Positions 25,962 through 40,357 of a stretch of 64,000 nt of DNA are shown piece after piece (position 1 is the first letter of the stretch; each line of letters begins with the position of its first letter). The DNA is taken from positions 237,522,001 through 237,586,000 of the forward strand of contig OZ024743.1 in NCBI GenBank assembly GCA_964016885.1, read 5' to 3'. Below the pieces are notes generated by a model. That model was not told where the DNA came from. It saw nothing but the letters and a program-made list of their open reading frames with translations, and searched no databases. Both the position numbers and the translations under genes were made by a program. The stretch is from Eledone cirrhosa. Taxonomy: Eukaryota.

Positions 25962-27415
25962 ATAAAGTTAGTCCTTCATCAGTGATCTTCCAACCATCAT
26001 TGGTATTTCATCGCTTTAAAAACCATATACCTCCGGTTGGTGCGAGCAACGGCTAAAAAAAGTCGTTGGGACACGTAAATAAAGGGGACACGAGAGTGTA
26101 AACAAACAAAGATGGTGAAGCAACGAAAAGTGAGGAAGAAGGAGTTAAGTCCCAAATGTAACCCATTAGCAGCCACGCAGCACGTTTATTCTCATATTTA
26201 TGATTTACTGGTCCCAATAACTTTTTTTAGTTATTGCTCGCACCAACCTGAGGTATATGATTTTTAATGCGATGAAATATCAATGATGGTTGGCAAATCA
26301 CTGACGAAGGACTAATTTTATCATATGTAACCCATGTGCAACCACGCAGTATTCTTCTTTCTTCTCATGTTTTTTATATATATTTACCTCGGCTGCGTTT
26401 GTCTGTTTCTCTCTTACTGCTTCCCCGTTCTCTCCGTTGCTCTCACCTTCTTTCGCCCCCTCTGTCAGTTACACTTTCTCTCGACTGACCTCTTCCTCGC
26501 ACTTCCACTCACTCACTCTCTGTTTCTCTCCTTCTCACTTCCTCCCGTTTGGCTAGTAGTGGGTTCTCTTCTTGCTCACTCACGTCGGACGGTCTGTATC
26601 TTGATCGCTCATGAAATCCACCCAGCTTATGCTGACCGGACAACCATGTTGCTTGTTTTTTTTTCCTATCTTTGGTTTGCTTTTATCCTTCTATGTTGTT
26701 TACTTGTCCCCCTCGCTTTACGCGATTTACTGGTCCCAATAGCTTTTTTTAGTTATTGCTCGCACCAACCTGAGGTATATGATTTTTAATGCGATAAAAT
26801 ATCAATGATGGTTGGCAAATCACTGACGAAGGACTAATTTTATCATATGTAACCCATGTGCAACCACGCAGTATTCTTCTTTCTTCTCATGTTTTTTATA
26901 TATATTTACCTCGGCTGCGTTTGTCTGTTTCTCTCTTACTGCTTCCCCGTTCTCTCCGTTGCTCTCACCTTCTTTCGCCCCCTCTGTCAGTTACACTTTC
27001 TCTCGACTGACCTCTTCCTCGCACTTCCACTCACTCACTCTCTGTTTCTCTCCTTCTCACTTCCTCCCGTTTGGCTAGTAGTGGGTTCTCTTCTTGCTCA
27101 CTCACGTCGGACGGTCTGTATCTTGATCGCTCATGAAATCCACCCAGCTTATGCTGACCGGACAACCATGTTGCTTGTTTTTTTTTCCTATCTTTGGTTT
27201 GCTTTTATCCTTCTATGTTGTTTACTTGTCCCCCTCGCTTTACGCGATTTACTGGTCCCAATAGCTTTTTTTAGTTATTGCTCGCACCAACCTGAGGTAT
27301 ATGATTTTTAATGCGATAAAATACCAATGATGGTTGGCAAATCACTGACGAAGGACTAATTTTATCATATGTAACCCATGTGCAACCACGCAGTATTCTT
27401 CTTTCTTCTCATGTT
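25962..27415. repeat. 522-bp tandem duplication plus an inverted terminal copy, flanked by (TA)n
   Basis: Identical ORFs at 26334 and 26856; motif TTGCTCGCACCAACC...CACTGACGAAGGACTAA occurs three times direct and once inverted (25962-26075); related fragment at 39720-39808. Confidence 0.85.
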
Positions 27416-27419
27416 TATA

Positions 27420-27485
<66 letters not shown>

Positions 27486-27486
27486 G

Positions 27487-27526
<40 letters not shown>

Positions 27527-27534
27527 GTTATATA

Positions 27535-27569
<35 letters not shown>

Positions 27570-27577
27570 GTTATATA

Positions 27578-27640
<63 letters not shown>

Positions 27641-27641
27641 G

Positions 27642-27677
<36 letters not shown>

Positions 27678-27762
27678 GCACACACTTTAAAAAGGCTTGC
27701 TGAATACACAAGCCGAAACCACTTGGCGCGGCGGTCGGGATTTCACATCACCCTCTCTCCCC

Positions 27763-27886
<124 letters not shown>

Positions 27887-27932
27887 ATGTATATATGTGT
27901 GTATGTATATATATATATATATATATATATAA

Positions 27933-28320
27933 TTGTTTCTACTTTTGGCACAAGGGCAGCAAATTACCCAGTACATTACTGGTACTTTATTTTATCGACC
28001 CCATAAGGATGAAAGGCAAAGTTAACCTCGACAGGATTTGAACTCAGACCGTAAAGGGACGTAACTATGCTGCAAAGCACGGCGTGAGACCCTCTACCGA
28101 TACTGCCAATCCACCGCCCTGTATATATATAACTGTTTCTACTTTAGGCACAAGGCCAGAAATCACCCAGTACATTACTGGTACTTTATTTTATCGACCC
28201 CGTAAGGATGAAAGGCAAAGTCAACCTCGGCGGCATTTGAACTCAGATCGTAAAGGGACGTAACTATGCTGGAAAACATGGCGTCCGACCCTCTACCGAT
28301 ACTGCCAATCCACCGCCCTG
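27933..28320 (-). mobile_element. Two tandem SINE family A copies
   Basis: Consensus blocks at about 27933-28120 and 28130-28320. Confidence 0.85.
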
Positions 28321-28429
28321 TATATATATAATGAAGAAAAAACAAGGTTAACAAAGTAAATCCATTCTTTAACTCCTACGTTCGTTTCAATGTAGGTGAC
28401 AATGGTAGTGAGAAAGAGATATAGAGGAA

Positions 28430-31400
28430 GAATCGACCCCAGTACTAGACTGGTACTTTTTTTTATTGTCCTTAAATGAATGAAAAGCAAAGTTGACCTC
28501 GACGGGATTTGAACTCAGGGAGTAGAGAGCCGGAACTAATACCACAATGTATTCTATCTGACGTTCTACCAATACCACAAGGTATTCTATCTGACGTTCT
28601 AACGTCTCTACCAATACCACAAACTATTCTATCTGACGTTCTAACCACTCTACCAATACCACAAACTATTCTATCTGACGTTCTAACCACTCTACCAATA
28701 CCACAAGGTATTCTATCTGACGTTCTAACGACTCTACCAATACCACAAACTATTCTATCTGACGTTCTAACCACTCTACCAATACCACAAACTATTCTAG
28801 CTGACGTTCTAACAACTCTACCAATACCACAAGGTATTCTATCTGACGTTCTAACCACTCTACCAATACCACAAGGTATTCTATCTGACGTTCTAACCAC
28901 TCTACCAATACCACAAGGTATTCTATCTGACGTTCTAACCACTCTACCAATACCACAAGGTATTCTAGCTGACGTTCTAACCACTCTACCAATACCACAA
29001 ACTGTTCTATCTGACGTTCTAACCACTCTACCAATACCACAAACTATTCTATCTGACGTTCTAACCACTCTACCAATACCACAAACTATTCTATCTGACG
29101 TTCTAACCACTCTACCAATACCACAAGGTATTCTATCTGACGTTCTAACGACTCTACCAATACCACAAACTATTCTATCTGACGTTCTAACCACTCTACC
29201 AATACCACAAACTATTCTAGCTGACGTTCTAACCACTCTACCAATACCACAAGGTATTCTATCTGACGTTCTAACCACTCTACCAATACCACAAGGTATT
29301 CTATCTGACGTTCTAACCACTCTACCAATACCACAAGGTATTCTATCTGACGTTCTAACCACTCTACCAATACCACAAACTGTTCTATCTGACGTTCTAA
29401 CCACTCTACCAATACCACAAGGTATTCTAGCTGACGTTCTAACCACTCTACCAGTACCACAAGGTATTCTAGCTGACGTTCTAACCACTCTACCAATACC
29501 ACAAGGTATTCTAGCTGACGTTCTAACCACTCTACCAATACCACAAGGTATTCTATCTGACGTTCTAACGACTCTACCAATACCACAAACTATTCTATCT
29601 GACGTTCTAACGACTCTACCAATACCACAAACTATTCTATCTGACGTTCTAACCACTCTACCAATACCACAAGGTATTCTATCTGACGTTCTAACGACTC
29701 TACCAATACCACAAACTATTCTATCTGACGTTCTAACCACTCTACCAATACCACAAACTATTCTAGCTGACGTTCTAACCACTCTACCAATACCACAAGG
29801 TATTCTATCTGACGTTCTAACCACTCTACCAATACCACAAGGTATTCTATCTGACGTTCTAACCACTCTACCAATACCACAAGGTATTCTAGCTGACGTT
29901 CTAACCACTCTACCAATACCACAAACTGTTCTATCTGACGTTCTAACCACTCTACCAATACCACAAGGTATTCTAGCTGACGTTCTAACCACTCTACCAG
30001 TACCACAAGGTATTCTAGCTGACGTTCTAACCACTCTACCAATACCACAAGGTATTCTAGCTGACGTTCTAACCACTCTACCAATACCACAAGGTATTCT
30101 AGCTGACGTTCTAACCACTCTACCAATACCACAAGGTATTCTATCTGACGTTCTAACCACTCTACCAATACCACAAGGTATTCTAGCTGACGTTCTAACC
30201 ACTCTACCAATACCACAAGGTATTCTAGCTGACGTTCTAACCACTCTACCAATACCACAAGGTATTCTATCTGACGTTCTAACCACTCTACCAGTACCAC
30301 AAGGTATTCTATCTGACGTTCTAACCACTCTACCAAAACCACAAGGTATTCTATCTGACGTTCTAACCACTCTACCAATACCACAAGGTATTCTATCTGA
30401 CGTTCTAACCACTCTACCAAAACCACAAGGTATTCTATCTGACGTTCTAACCACTCTACCAAAACCACAAGGTATTCTATCTGACGTTCTAACCACTCTA
30501 CCAATACCACAAGGTATTCTATCTGACGTTCTAACGACTCTACCAATACCACAAGGTATTCTAGCTGACGTTCTAACCACTCTACCAATACCACAAGGTA
30601 TTCTATCTGACGTTCTAACGACTCTACCAATACCACAAACTATTCTATCTGACGTTCTAACCACTCTACCAATACCACAAGGTATTCTAGCTGACGTTCT
30701 AACGACTCTACCAATACCACAAACTATTCTATCTGACGTTCTAACCACTCTACCAATACCACAAACTGTTCTATCTGACGTTCTAACGACTCTACCAATA
30801 CCACAAACTGTTCTATCTGACGTTCTAACGACTCTACCAATACCACAAACTGTTCTATCTGACGTTCTAACGACTCTACCAATACCACAAGGTATTCTAT
30901 CTGACGTTCTAACCACTCTACCAATACCACAAACTGTTCTATCTGACGTTCTAACCACTCTACCAATACCACAAGGTATTCTATCTGACGTTCTAACCAC
31001 TCTACCAATACCACAAACTGTTCTATCTGACGTTCTAACGACTCTACCAATACCACAAGGTATTCTATCTGACGTTCTAACGACTCTACCAATACCACAA
31101 ACTGTTCTATCTGACGTTCTAACGACTCTACCAATACCACAAACTGTTCTATCTGACGTTCTAACGACTCTACCAATACCACAAGGTATTCTAGCTGACG
31201 TTCTAACGACTCTACCAATACCACAGGGTATTCTATCTGACGTTCTAACCACTCTACCAATACCACAAACTGTTCTATCTGACGTTCTAACCACTCTACC
31301 AATACCACAAGGTATTCTATCTGACGTTCTAACGACTCTACCAATACCACAAATTGTTCTATCTGACGTTCTAACCACTCTACCAATACCACAAATTGTT

Positions 31401-31478
31401 CTATCTGACGTTCTAACCACTCTACCAATACCACAAATTGTTCTATCTGACGTTCTAACCACTCTACCAAGTCGCCGC
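28430..31478 (-). mobile_element. SINE family A copy whose 5' A-box region is amplified into a 42-bp array
   Basis: SINE head at about 31478; single B-box GAGTTCAAATCC and GTACCAG tail at 28430-28520. Confidence 0.8.
28540..31470. repeat. 42-bp minisatellite, about 70 copies
   Basis: Unit CTACCAATACCACAAGGTATTCTATCTGACGTTCTAACCACT with a few alternating variants. Confidence 0.97.
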
Positions 31479-32031
31479 TTTACATACAAACATACATAGA
31501 AACAAACACAGAAGCATCTCTAGATCTGTTTCAAGCCATCTAATGAAGAAACAGGGAAGATGTAAATCCTATGAGATTCTCTTTGGCAGCTCTTCATTAC
31601 AATATCTACATTCATAAATGTAAAATGAGAATCTTGTTTCCTGTTTAATGGCGAGAGGTCATCAAGTACATTTTACTTCGTTTCTAGGACATTCGGTGGC
31701 TGAAGAGCATGTGTGTGTATTTATATATGCAATTAGGAGTATATATGTAGCTGTGTGTGTGTGTATTTATATATGCAATTATGGGTATATATGTATCTGC
31801 GTGTGTGTGTGTGTATATATATATATGTGTGTGTGTGTATTATATAATGTATATATTTATTGTTATACTTTGGGAGGGTCATGTTGCCAATATATATATA
31901 ATAGAATTAGGATTTAGCTTCATGCATAGCTGTATACAGATATGTATTGAAATTTAGTATTGCTAAAGAAATACGGTATGTTTATAGAAAAACATCTAGA
32001 AAGCCGTAGCTATGCAAAACACCGGAGCTAT

Positions 32032-32046
32032 CGCCCTCTGGTGGTG
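32032..32046 (-). promoter_or_regulatory. CTCF-like motif
   Basis: Minus strand CCACCAGAGGGCG(ATA) closely matches the CTCF core consensus; binding is not shown. Confidence 0.35.
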
Positions 32047-32584
32047 TCCAGCAGAAACAAGGGGGACAATCGTTCATGCATTTCGAACTTAACTGGTTCT
32101 CATCAGGGCGATCCCTCCCACTCTTGCGAATGCTGGACTTGAAAACACGTGAGAATATATGATTTTCTCGTCTGAGTAAATGAGCTGATTAATCTCATTT
32201 GCATATGAAACTGCATAAGATATATATATATATATATATATATATTAACAGTAGCACTAAGATAGCGTTAAGCATAATAGAGGTGTGTATGAAAGTACTA
32301 TATGTTTATATAGAATAAACATAAGGGAGCCTCGTTTTCATAGAAAATATATTTTTCCATTAATGGTTACAAAAGAGAGAAAACTAATTTTTCACAGTGG
32401 AAAAGTGTTCCGTTTGGTGCCGCGGTCGGGATTTTACATCTCTCTCTCTCTCTCGCTCTTTCTCTCTCTCTCGCTCTTTCTCTCTCTCTCTCTATATATA
32501 TATATAACGAAGGAAGTGTGGTAAGGAACCAGGTGGACCATAATGCACCAGAGTACTCGATACTTAGAGTAGTAGAGTGGGTAA

Positions 32585-32707
32585 TAGGAAAAGGTTCAGG
32601 ACCCTGACGGCAGAGATCAAGCCGTTTCGACAGCTATTTCTGGACTATTTCCAGAAATAGCCGTCGAAACGGCTTGAGCTCTGCCGTCGGGGTCCTGAAC
32701 CTTTTCC

Positions 32708-32710
<3 letters not shown>
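32585..32710. repeat. Fold-back inverted repeat in a (TA)n-flanked element (related copy 55975-56173)
   Basis: TAGGAAAAGGTTCAGGACCCTGACGGCAGAG...CTCTGCCGTCGGGGTCCTGAACCTTTTCCTA. Confidence 0.85.
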
Positions 32711-32752
<42 letters not shown>

Positions 32753-33209
32753 TAGAAAATAAAACAACGAAGGTGAAACCACTTCGTGGCTGTAATCTTA
32801 TAGAATCAATCGACAGCTGGACTGAGTCCCAATCAGTCTCCTGGCACCACCCCTCCCTTTAAACTAAAATAGATAGGAAATTGATCTATCTTCTTACCTG
32901 GGACATTAAAAACAATATGATGTGATGAAAAGAAACGATTTAATTAAACATTTCTTATCTAGAATCTCGGAGGAAGGAATTTGATAAAGTTTGACAAATA
33001 TGTATCTAAATAAAAACATAAGCCTTAGATGTTTATCTTAAAAAGCTGCTGTTATCCGTTGCCAACGGATTATTTGTGGCTTAGTGGTTGTTGAACTCAC
33101 AATTACAGAGTCGTCAGTTCGATTCCCCGACTAGGCGGCGAGTTGTATCGTCGGCTGGAAAAAAAAAATTCCCGCGCTGTTTCAGTCTTTGCCTTTTGCT
33201 TTGGACATC

Positions 33210-33600
<391 letters not shown>

Positions 33601-34191
33601 TAATTTGGTACCCAAGGTGGGTTTTGTAGACGTTAAGAGGTGGGTTGTTGTTCCTGGTGATTTCTTGGCTAACAAGCAAGTGAATTGTGAAAATAAATGC
33701 TGCTGGATCGCCATAGAAACATATATTTGCTCTTATCTGCGAATGAGAAAATTGTAGCAGATAGTATCTGAGTTTTTAGAAATACGTAACTGCATGACAC
33801 CAAGTACACTATGGCATCAAGTGTATGATATGATGCATTAAGAGGTGCACCCGGCAATCTTTGGCATCACTGACACCTATCATGAGGAATTGTCAGGGTC
33901 GTTAGAACGCCGGAATGTTTGCTGGCAATCCGGCTCTCTACTCTCTCAGTTCAAATCCCGCCGAGGTCAACCTTGTCTTTTATCCTTTCCAGCTCAGTTC
34001 TCTCTCTCTCTCTCTCTCTCTCACTCTCTCACACACACTCTCTATCTATCTCTCTCTCTCACACACACTCACTCTCCTTCACTCTCTCTTTACAAAGGAA
34101 GTAAACTCCTTCACCACACAGCCATGTCTGAGCCTATAGTTTATAAAGGAAAAAAGACAAAAATAAAAAAACGGAAAAGAGCTCAACTTAC

Positions 34192-34482
34192 CGGCCAAGA
34201 GAAAGAGAAGGGCAGTCTGATGGTTTGTGGGATTTTTGCATGGGTCCCGAGATGAAATGTACTTTCACCAAGAACTGGCGTCATATCAAAACCAAACGTA
34301 CATTTAGAATCCAGTGGAGCTGGATTTTGGTAATGCATCAGGCATATGGAGAAGAAAGTCCGACACTTTTCCGAGCAGACTGGATTTTCAGAGATGCCCG
34401 CGCAACATGTCCTCGTCTGGGTGATGCTGTCACTGTTGTAGAAAGCTATTATTCGAACTTCAAACACACCTGAAGCCCTCAC
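34192..34482 (-). CDS. Delta: Delta/Delta-like Notch ligand, 291-nt exon encoding the MNNL/C2 domain: VRASGVFEV...CRTFFSICLMHYQ...CTFG..MTPVLG...LPFSFSWP
   Basis: Acceptor tctttgTAG|GTGAGG and donor TGGCCG|GTAAGT; hallmark DSL N-terminal motifs SGVFE, CC.G, CRTFFxxCLxHYQ, CTFG, TPVLG, PFxFxWP. HYQ and the next-exon sequence favour Delta over Serrate/Jagged. Confidence 0.93.
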
Positions 34483-35019
34483 CTACAAAGACAAGACACA
34501 GGAATACAATATTAACAGTGAAGATAAGAATTCAGGAGAGGAGGGAGAAGAGGATAATAATGGTTTCTGACTTAGACACAAGGCCAACAATTTTTTTTTT
34601 TTTGGGGGGGGGGTCGATTAAATCTACCCCAGTGTATTACTGGTACTTTATTCTATCGACCCCGTAAGGATGAAAGGCAAAGTTAACCTTGGTGGGACTT
34701 GAACTCAATAACAAAGAGGATTATAATGTTTTCTAATATAGAAAGGAGCAGATCATGAGATTATTACCAAGAACACCATGTTTCCATTGCTGCTACTATC
34801 TCTCTTTCGAAATTCATGGAATTTGAACTCAGAACGTATAGAACCATTTTAGATACTGCAAGCCTCACATACGACTTTTTAATAGTTCCGCCCCTCGACT
34901 GGTACTTTATTTAACGATCTCTGTTCTACTAAGTTATGGGACATAAACACACACATACATACATGTACACATACACATGCACGCACGCGCGCGTGGATTC
35001 CCGGTGTAAATCGTTATAA

Positions 35020-35140
35020 ATTATATTAACAGACCCGGCTTCGAGGATACACGTGTTTCATTGATCGTGTCAATTCCTGACTCCGGAGTCAGGAATTGAC
35101 ACGTGCCCCCCCCCCCACGAAGCCGGGTCTGTTAGTGTAA
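35020..35140. repeat. Fold-back inverted repeat
   Basis: TAACAGACCCGGCTTCG...CGTGTCAATTCCTGACTCCGGAGTCAGGAATTGACACG...CGAAGCCGGGTCTGTTA. Confidence 0.85.
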
Positions 35141-35302
35141 TATATAATTATATACTATAAGTCGTCCCTCAGACTGAGTGCTCTACCAGCTCTGTCTCTC
35201 TATCTATATATATATATAAAAGGTAAACAGAAATAGCAACGCAATCGGTACAGTATATGGAAGGGATATATTAGGTTAACGCTTGATATAGCAGGAGGAG
35301 GG

Positions 35303-35338
35303 TCTTAACGTTTCGGACGCTAGTCCTTCATCAGAAGA
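35303..35338 (-). ncRNA. Minimal Penelope-type hammerhead motif
   Basis: Minus strand: TCTT-CTGATGA-A-GGAC(TAGC)GTCC-GAAA-CG-TT-AAGA; helix III is palindromic ACGT. Confidence 0.7.
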
Positions 35339-35515
35339 AAGAATGAGAAATAAGATAGACTGAGGGGACGGGCGGGCCGCATGGGACATATCAAAAAGCC
35401 TTACTTTCGAAAACACACCCACCATCCGAGGACCGAAAATTTCACCAACGTCTAACTAATACGACAACACATTACACCAAGATTTAAACCTTTTTAAAGA
35501 CTCCAATTGCATTTT

Positions 35516-35625
<110 letters not shown>

Positions 35626-35694
35626 TATGAAGAGAGAAGAAACATTTAGATATAATTAGTAATAAAATGTATCATACCTAAACTGTTCCTAAAT

Positions 35695-35782
35695 TCCTCG
35701 ACTACGTAGTTTCGTGGCATAAACAAAAACAATATATCAAAGATATAGAGTCCTTGCGAGGTCTGCCGACTTATCAAGAGGA
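35695..35782 (-). ncRNA. Type I hammerhead ribozyme, U3:A8 variant (copy 1)
   Basis: Minus strand: TCCTC-TTGATAA-GT(C)GGCA...TGCCAC-GAAA-CTACGTAG-TC-GAGGA. Confidence 0.78.
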
Positions 35783-36285
35783 TACCTCATTTTACTAGTC
35801 TCAAGAACGCGTCTACACGACGTGAGAAAGAATCCCAAAAGGCGGAGGGGGAGATAGTCACGCGATATAACGGTCGAGAAACAGAGCTAAGCCTCTTATA
35901 ACCACGAAAAAAATACCACGGAGGCGGAGGGGGTATTCATATCGAGGCCGTAGAAGAGGTAGTGAAGAAGGCGAGAAGTATGAGTAGTGGAAGCTTTCCA
36001 GTTGTCTCCACACTTCAAAGATTGCTCGACCAGAGGGAGTTATTAATACATTTAGAAACACACAGATACATGCGGACACACACATATATACATGAATGCA
36101 TCCGCACCCAACTGTGAGTTAAGGGTGCCAACTTCACCGATGTTGCTCAATGAATGACTGGGACAGACCAATTCAGTTTGAACCAGACTGAACCAGTATC
36201 AGAGTTAAAAATACATTATGAAGAGAGAAGAAACATTTAGATATAATTAGTAATAAAATGTATCATACCTAAACTGTTCCTAAAT

Positions 36286-36373
36286 TCCTCGACTACGTAG
36301 TTTCGTGGCATAAACAAAAACAATATATCAAAGATATAGAGTCCTTGCGAGGTCTGCCGACTTATCAAGAGGA
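36286..36373 (-). ncRNA. Type I hammerhead ribozyme, U3:A8 variant (copy 2)
   Basis: Identical to copy 1, 591 nt away. Confidence 0.78.
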
Positions 36374-36867
36374 TACCTCATTTTACTAGTCTCAAGAACG
36401 CGTCTACACGACGTGAGAAAGAATCCCAAAAGGCGGAGGGGGAGATAGTCACGCGATATAACGGTCGAGAAACAGAGCTAAGCCTCTTATAACCACGAAA
36501 AAAATACCACGGAGGCGGAGGGGGTATTCATATCGAGGCCGTAGAAGAGGTAGTGAAGAAGGCGAGAAGTATGAGTAATGGAAGCTTTCTAGTTGTCTCC
36601 ACACTTCAAAGATTGCTCGACCAGAGGGAGTTATTAATACATTTAGAAACACACGGATACATGCGGACACACACATATATACATGAATGCATCCGCACCC
36701 ATATATATATATATATAAACAATGAGTTATATGTTTTGTTGATTATTCAACAAAGTTAATTTATTACAGATTAGAAGCACTCAACAATTTTCTGGAGTAT
36801 AATCCGCAATGGACTCATAACATTAAGTTCATATGAGGATATGTCACTATCTTTAAACCAAATATTG

Positions 36868-36928
36868 TATTTTATCTGACGAAAGCATACCAAAATATTG
36901 GTACCCTTGAAATATGTATAATAAAATA
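36868..36928 (+). ncRNA. Type I hammerhead motif (TATTTTAT family)
   Basis: TATTTTAT-CTGACGA-AAG..TACCAA/TTGGTA..CTT-GAAA-TATGTA-TA-ATAAAATA. Confidence 0.72.
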
Positions 36929-36989
36929 AATATGGTTTTATGAAGATATTTTCCATTTATTAATATTATTGATATTATATATATATAGA

Positions 36990-37068
<79 letters not shown>

Positions 37069-37559
37069 GGCTTCTTCACAGATTCCGTCAACAAAATTCC
37101 ACCGAGAAAGCAATGGTTGAGCCGTAGTGCGGCACAGTGGGATTGAAACCGCTACAATATGGTTACGAAACTCCTTAGGCCAGGCAGCCATGTCTACTAT
37201 TTTACTATTTATATAATTGTTCTATTTCTTTGCTCAGTTCCGGCTGCGGATGTTACAAGTGCTAAATTAATAAAAATTCAACCATCAAGCAAAGTGATGC
37301 TTCACAAATGTTATTATAAATGTTTGGGCGATACCATCTTGAAACAACAACAGCAACAACACAATTGCGACTATGTAAACGCTTGCAAACACAAGGAGCA
37401 ACAAATATAGATATCTTCCACATACACATACACAGTTGTGTGTGTATATATATATATATATATGTGTGTGTGTATGTATATATATATATATTTATACACA
37501 TACTTACACACACACATTTGTATAATTATATATATATATATGTATATATAATTACCCGG

Positions 37560-37604
<45 letters not shown>

Positions 37605-38097
37605 CAAATTTTTATGTACATATATATACACATGGATGTGTCTGTATACACACATAATTGCCATTACAATGTGAGGTGCCAGCATTCGTGTATGTTTGTA
37701 TTCGTGTATGTATGTATGTATGTATGTGTGTATGTATATATATATATATGTATGTATGTGTATGTGTGCACGTATAGGAATGTATGTGTGTGTGTGTGTG
37801 CATGTATATGTATGTGTGTATGTGATTTAATATGTGCAGATGTTTTTGTTCCCTGTTAATTTCTAGCACTCACGATAAGGATTGTTGTGGCCTAGCTTTG
37901 ACCAACACGTCATATATTCAGCCACAGTCTATCTAGGAGAACATTATCGAATTTGCCCCCCCCCCCCCTCTAAAAAGAGTAGTCTGATTTTAAGATCTTG
38001 CTACTATTTCTAGCAAGTTAAGCGAACACGTAGATGTCTCCTCGTTGACTCCAGATACTTCACAATATTTCCGTTAGATCTACTTAAAGATCTCTGT

Positions 38098-38136
<39 letters not shown>

Positions 38137-38166
38137 CCTCTCTCTCTCTCTCTATCCCCCCCCCCC

Positions 38167-38227
<61 letters not shown>

Positions 38228-38861
38228 ATAACGAAGGAATTGTGGTAAGGAACCAGGTGGACCATAACGCACCAGAGTACTCACAAATATCTATCTATCT
38301 AGGGCGGGTAAAATTCCCGAGATCCATGGACGAGTTCTCTCCAGCGGTCTCTGTCCCTCATTATCGCTGCCATGTCCTGCATCTCAAACAAACCAGTGTC
38401 TGTCCTTAGGGCATCAACATATGGATTGGTGCTACACGAGAATGCTGAGGATGGCTCTGAACATTAATCAGTATACACTGAGGATGAAGAACTCAGAGCT
38501 GTACAGGTGCCTCCCAAAAGTCACAAATACAACCCACCAAAATATATGACCAGAGAGAGAGAAAGAAAAACAAAGGAAAGGGAGACAAAACCGAATACGA
38601 CCATCAGTTCGCCAGCAAGTGTAACAATGGGTCGCTGTAATTCGGTAGTGAGTCTATCTGTATTCACATGTAGAGATAGGGGCAAAACCGACAGGAGACC
38701 AAAGGGTACACCCCCGAGCATGATGTTTGGATAATATCCATGAGCTTGGCTCGCCTCGCTTGGGGATAAATAAAGTACCAGTTATGTACTGGGATTGACT
38801 TAATCGACTTCCCCTTCCCCCCAAATTATTGGGTTTGTGCCTTTAGTAGAATCAATTATAG

Positions 38862-39460
38862 AGGGCGGTGGATTGGCAGTATCGGTAGAGAGTCGGACGC
38901 CATGCTTTGCAGCAAAGAGTTACGGCCCTTTATGGTCTGAGTTCAAATCCCGCCGAGGTTAACTTTGCCTTTCATCCTTACAGGGTCGATAAAATAAAGT
39001 ACCAGTAATGCACTGGAATAAAGTACCAGTAATGTACTGGTCTTGTGCCAAAAGTAGAAACAATTATATATGTTTATTCAATGTCAAAATAAATAAGACA
39101 CGGTGTAAAGCACAATGTGAGGAAATGAAAAGAGCGGGAGAGTTGAACAACCACCACCACCACTAACACCACCACCGACACCACTACCACAACAACAACA
39201 ACACCACCACCACAACACTACCACCAACAACAACAAACAACAACAACCACCACCACCACCAACAACAACAATAATAATAATTGTTTCTACTTCAGGCACA
39301 AGGCCAGCAATAAAGTGCATTACTGGTACTTTATTTTATCGACCCCGTAAGGATAAAAGGCAAAGTTAACCTCGGCGGGATTTGAACTCAGACTGTAAAG
39401 GGCCGTAACTCAATGCTGCAAAGCATGGTGTCCGACCTTCTACCGATACTGCCAATCCAC
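38862..39460. mobile_element. Oppositely oriented SINE family A copies (38862-39065 plus; 39280-39460 minus)
   Basis: Consensus blocks on opposite strands. Confidence 0.8.
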
Positions 39461-39612
39461 CAATAATGTATTGTAACATATTATATACTATCATAGTCAT
39501 AAGGTTGGTGTTTGGTGTAAATATGAAAGATTGGGAAGAGGGAGGAAGGCGAATCAAATAGGATTTGACTGTTGTTGGAATAGGCAACCAATAAACCCAT
39601 AAATTTGGTTAC

Positions 39613-39714
<102 letters not shown>

Positions 39715-39805
39715 AATAAGGGCGCTGCGGAGTTGCAAATGGGTTACATATGAAAAAAGTTTGTCCTTCATCAGTGATCTTCCAACCATCATAGGCATTT
39801 CATCG

Positions 39806-39848
<43 letters not shown>

Positions 39849-40057
39849 TACACGGGTGTGTATGATTGTGTATAGAAGATTATATTAATAAGAGGAATTC
39901 CAACTTTGTCTGATTTACTCGTTTTATTTACAATCCTTTAAAATTTATAATGGTATTAGAATGAAATAGTATGATAGAATATTAAATTCTAAGTGTGAAT
40001 TGAACATATATATTTATTCAAAATATTAACAAAAATAGACATTCGTGTGATCAAGTA

Positions 40058-40124
40058 TATTTTATTATAGATATTTCAGAGGTACTGAGCTATCTTCAAC
40101 AGTACGTCCTCATCAGATAAAATA
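40058..40124 (-). ncRNA. Type I hammerhead motif (TATTTTAT family)
   Basis: Minus strand: TATTTTAT-CTGATGA-GGA.GTACTG/CAGTAC.TCT-GAAA-TATCTA-TA-ATAAAATA. Confidence 0.72.
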
Positions 40125-40218
40125 AGATGATGCATGACATACCCTGACTTAGTAGATGGTTAAGATTCAGTCATGGTAGTCATTCTTTGATTTATTCATT
40201 GAACCTTGTTTAACCTTT

Positions 40219-40267
<49 letters not shown>

Positions 40268-40357
40268 TTTGTTTGGTTCACCACTGGATAGAACTGGTCA
40301 TTCCGTATGGTCAACCTCGATGTAATATTATGGAGAGCACTCAACGTTATATTTAGA

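Noticed and set aside
26270-26320. Hammerhead at CACTGACGAAGGAC
   Set aside because: No correctly placed GAAA or helix III in either topology.
26334-27311. Duplicated 151-aa hydrophobic ORF
   Set aside because: Arises from CT-rich sequence within the 522-bp repeat; no recognisable domain.
28472-31499. 1005-aa and 996-aa ORFs on opposite strands
   Set aside because: Produced by a stop-free 42-bp SINE-derived tandem repeat; no unique coding flanks or splice support.
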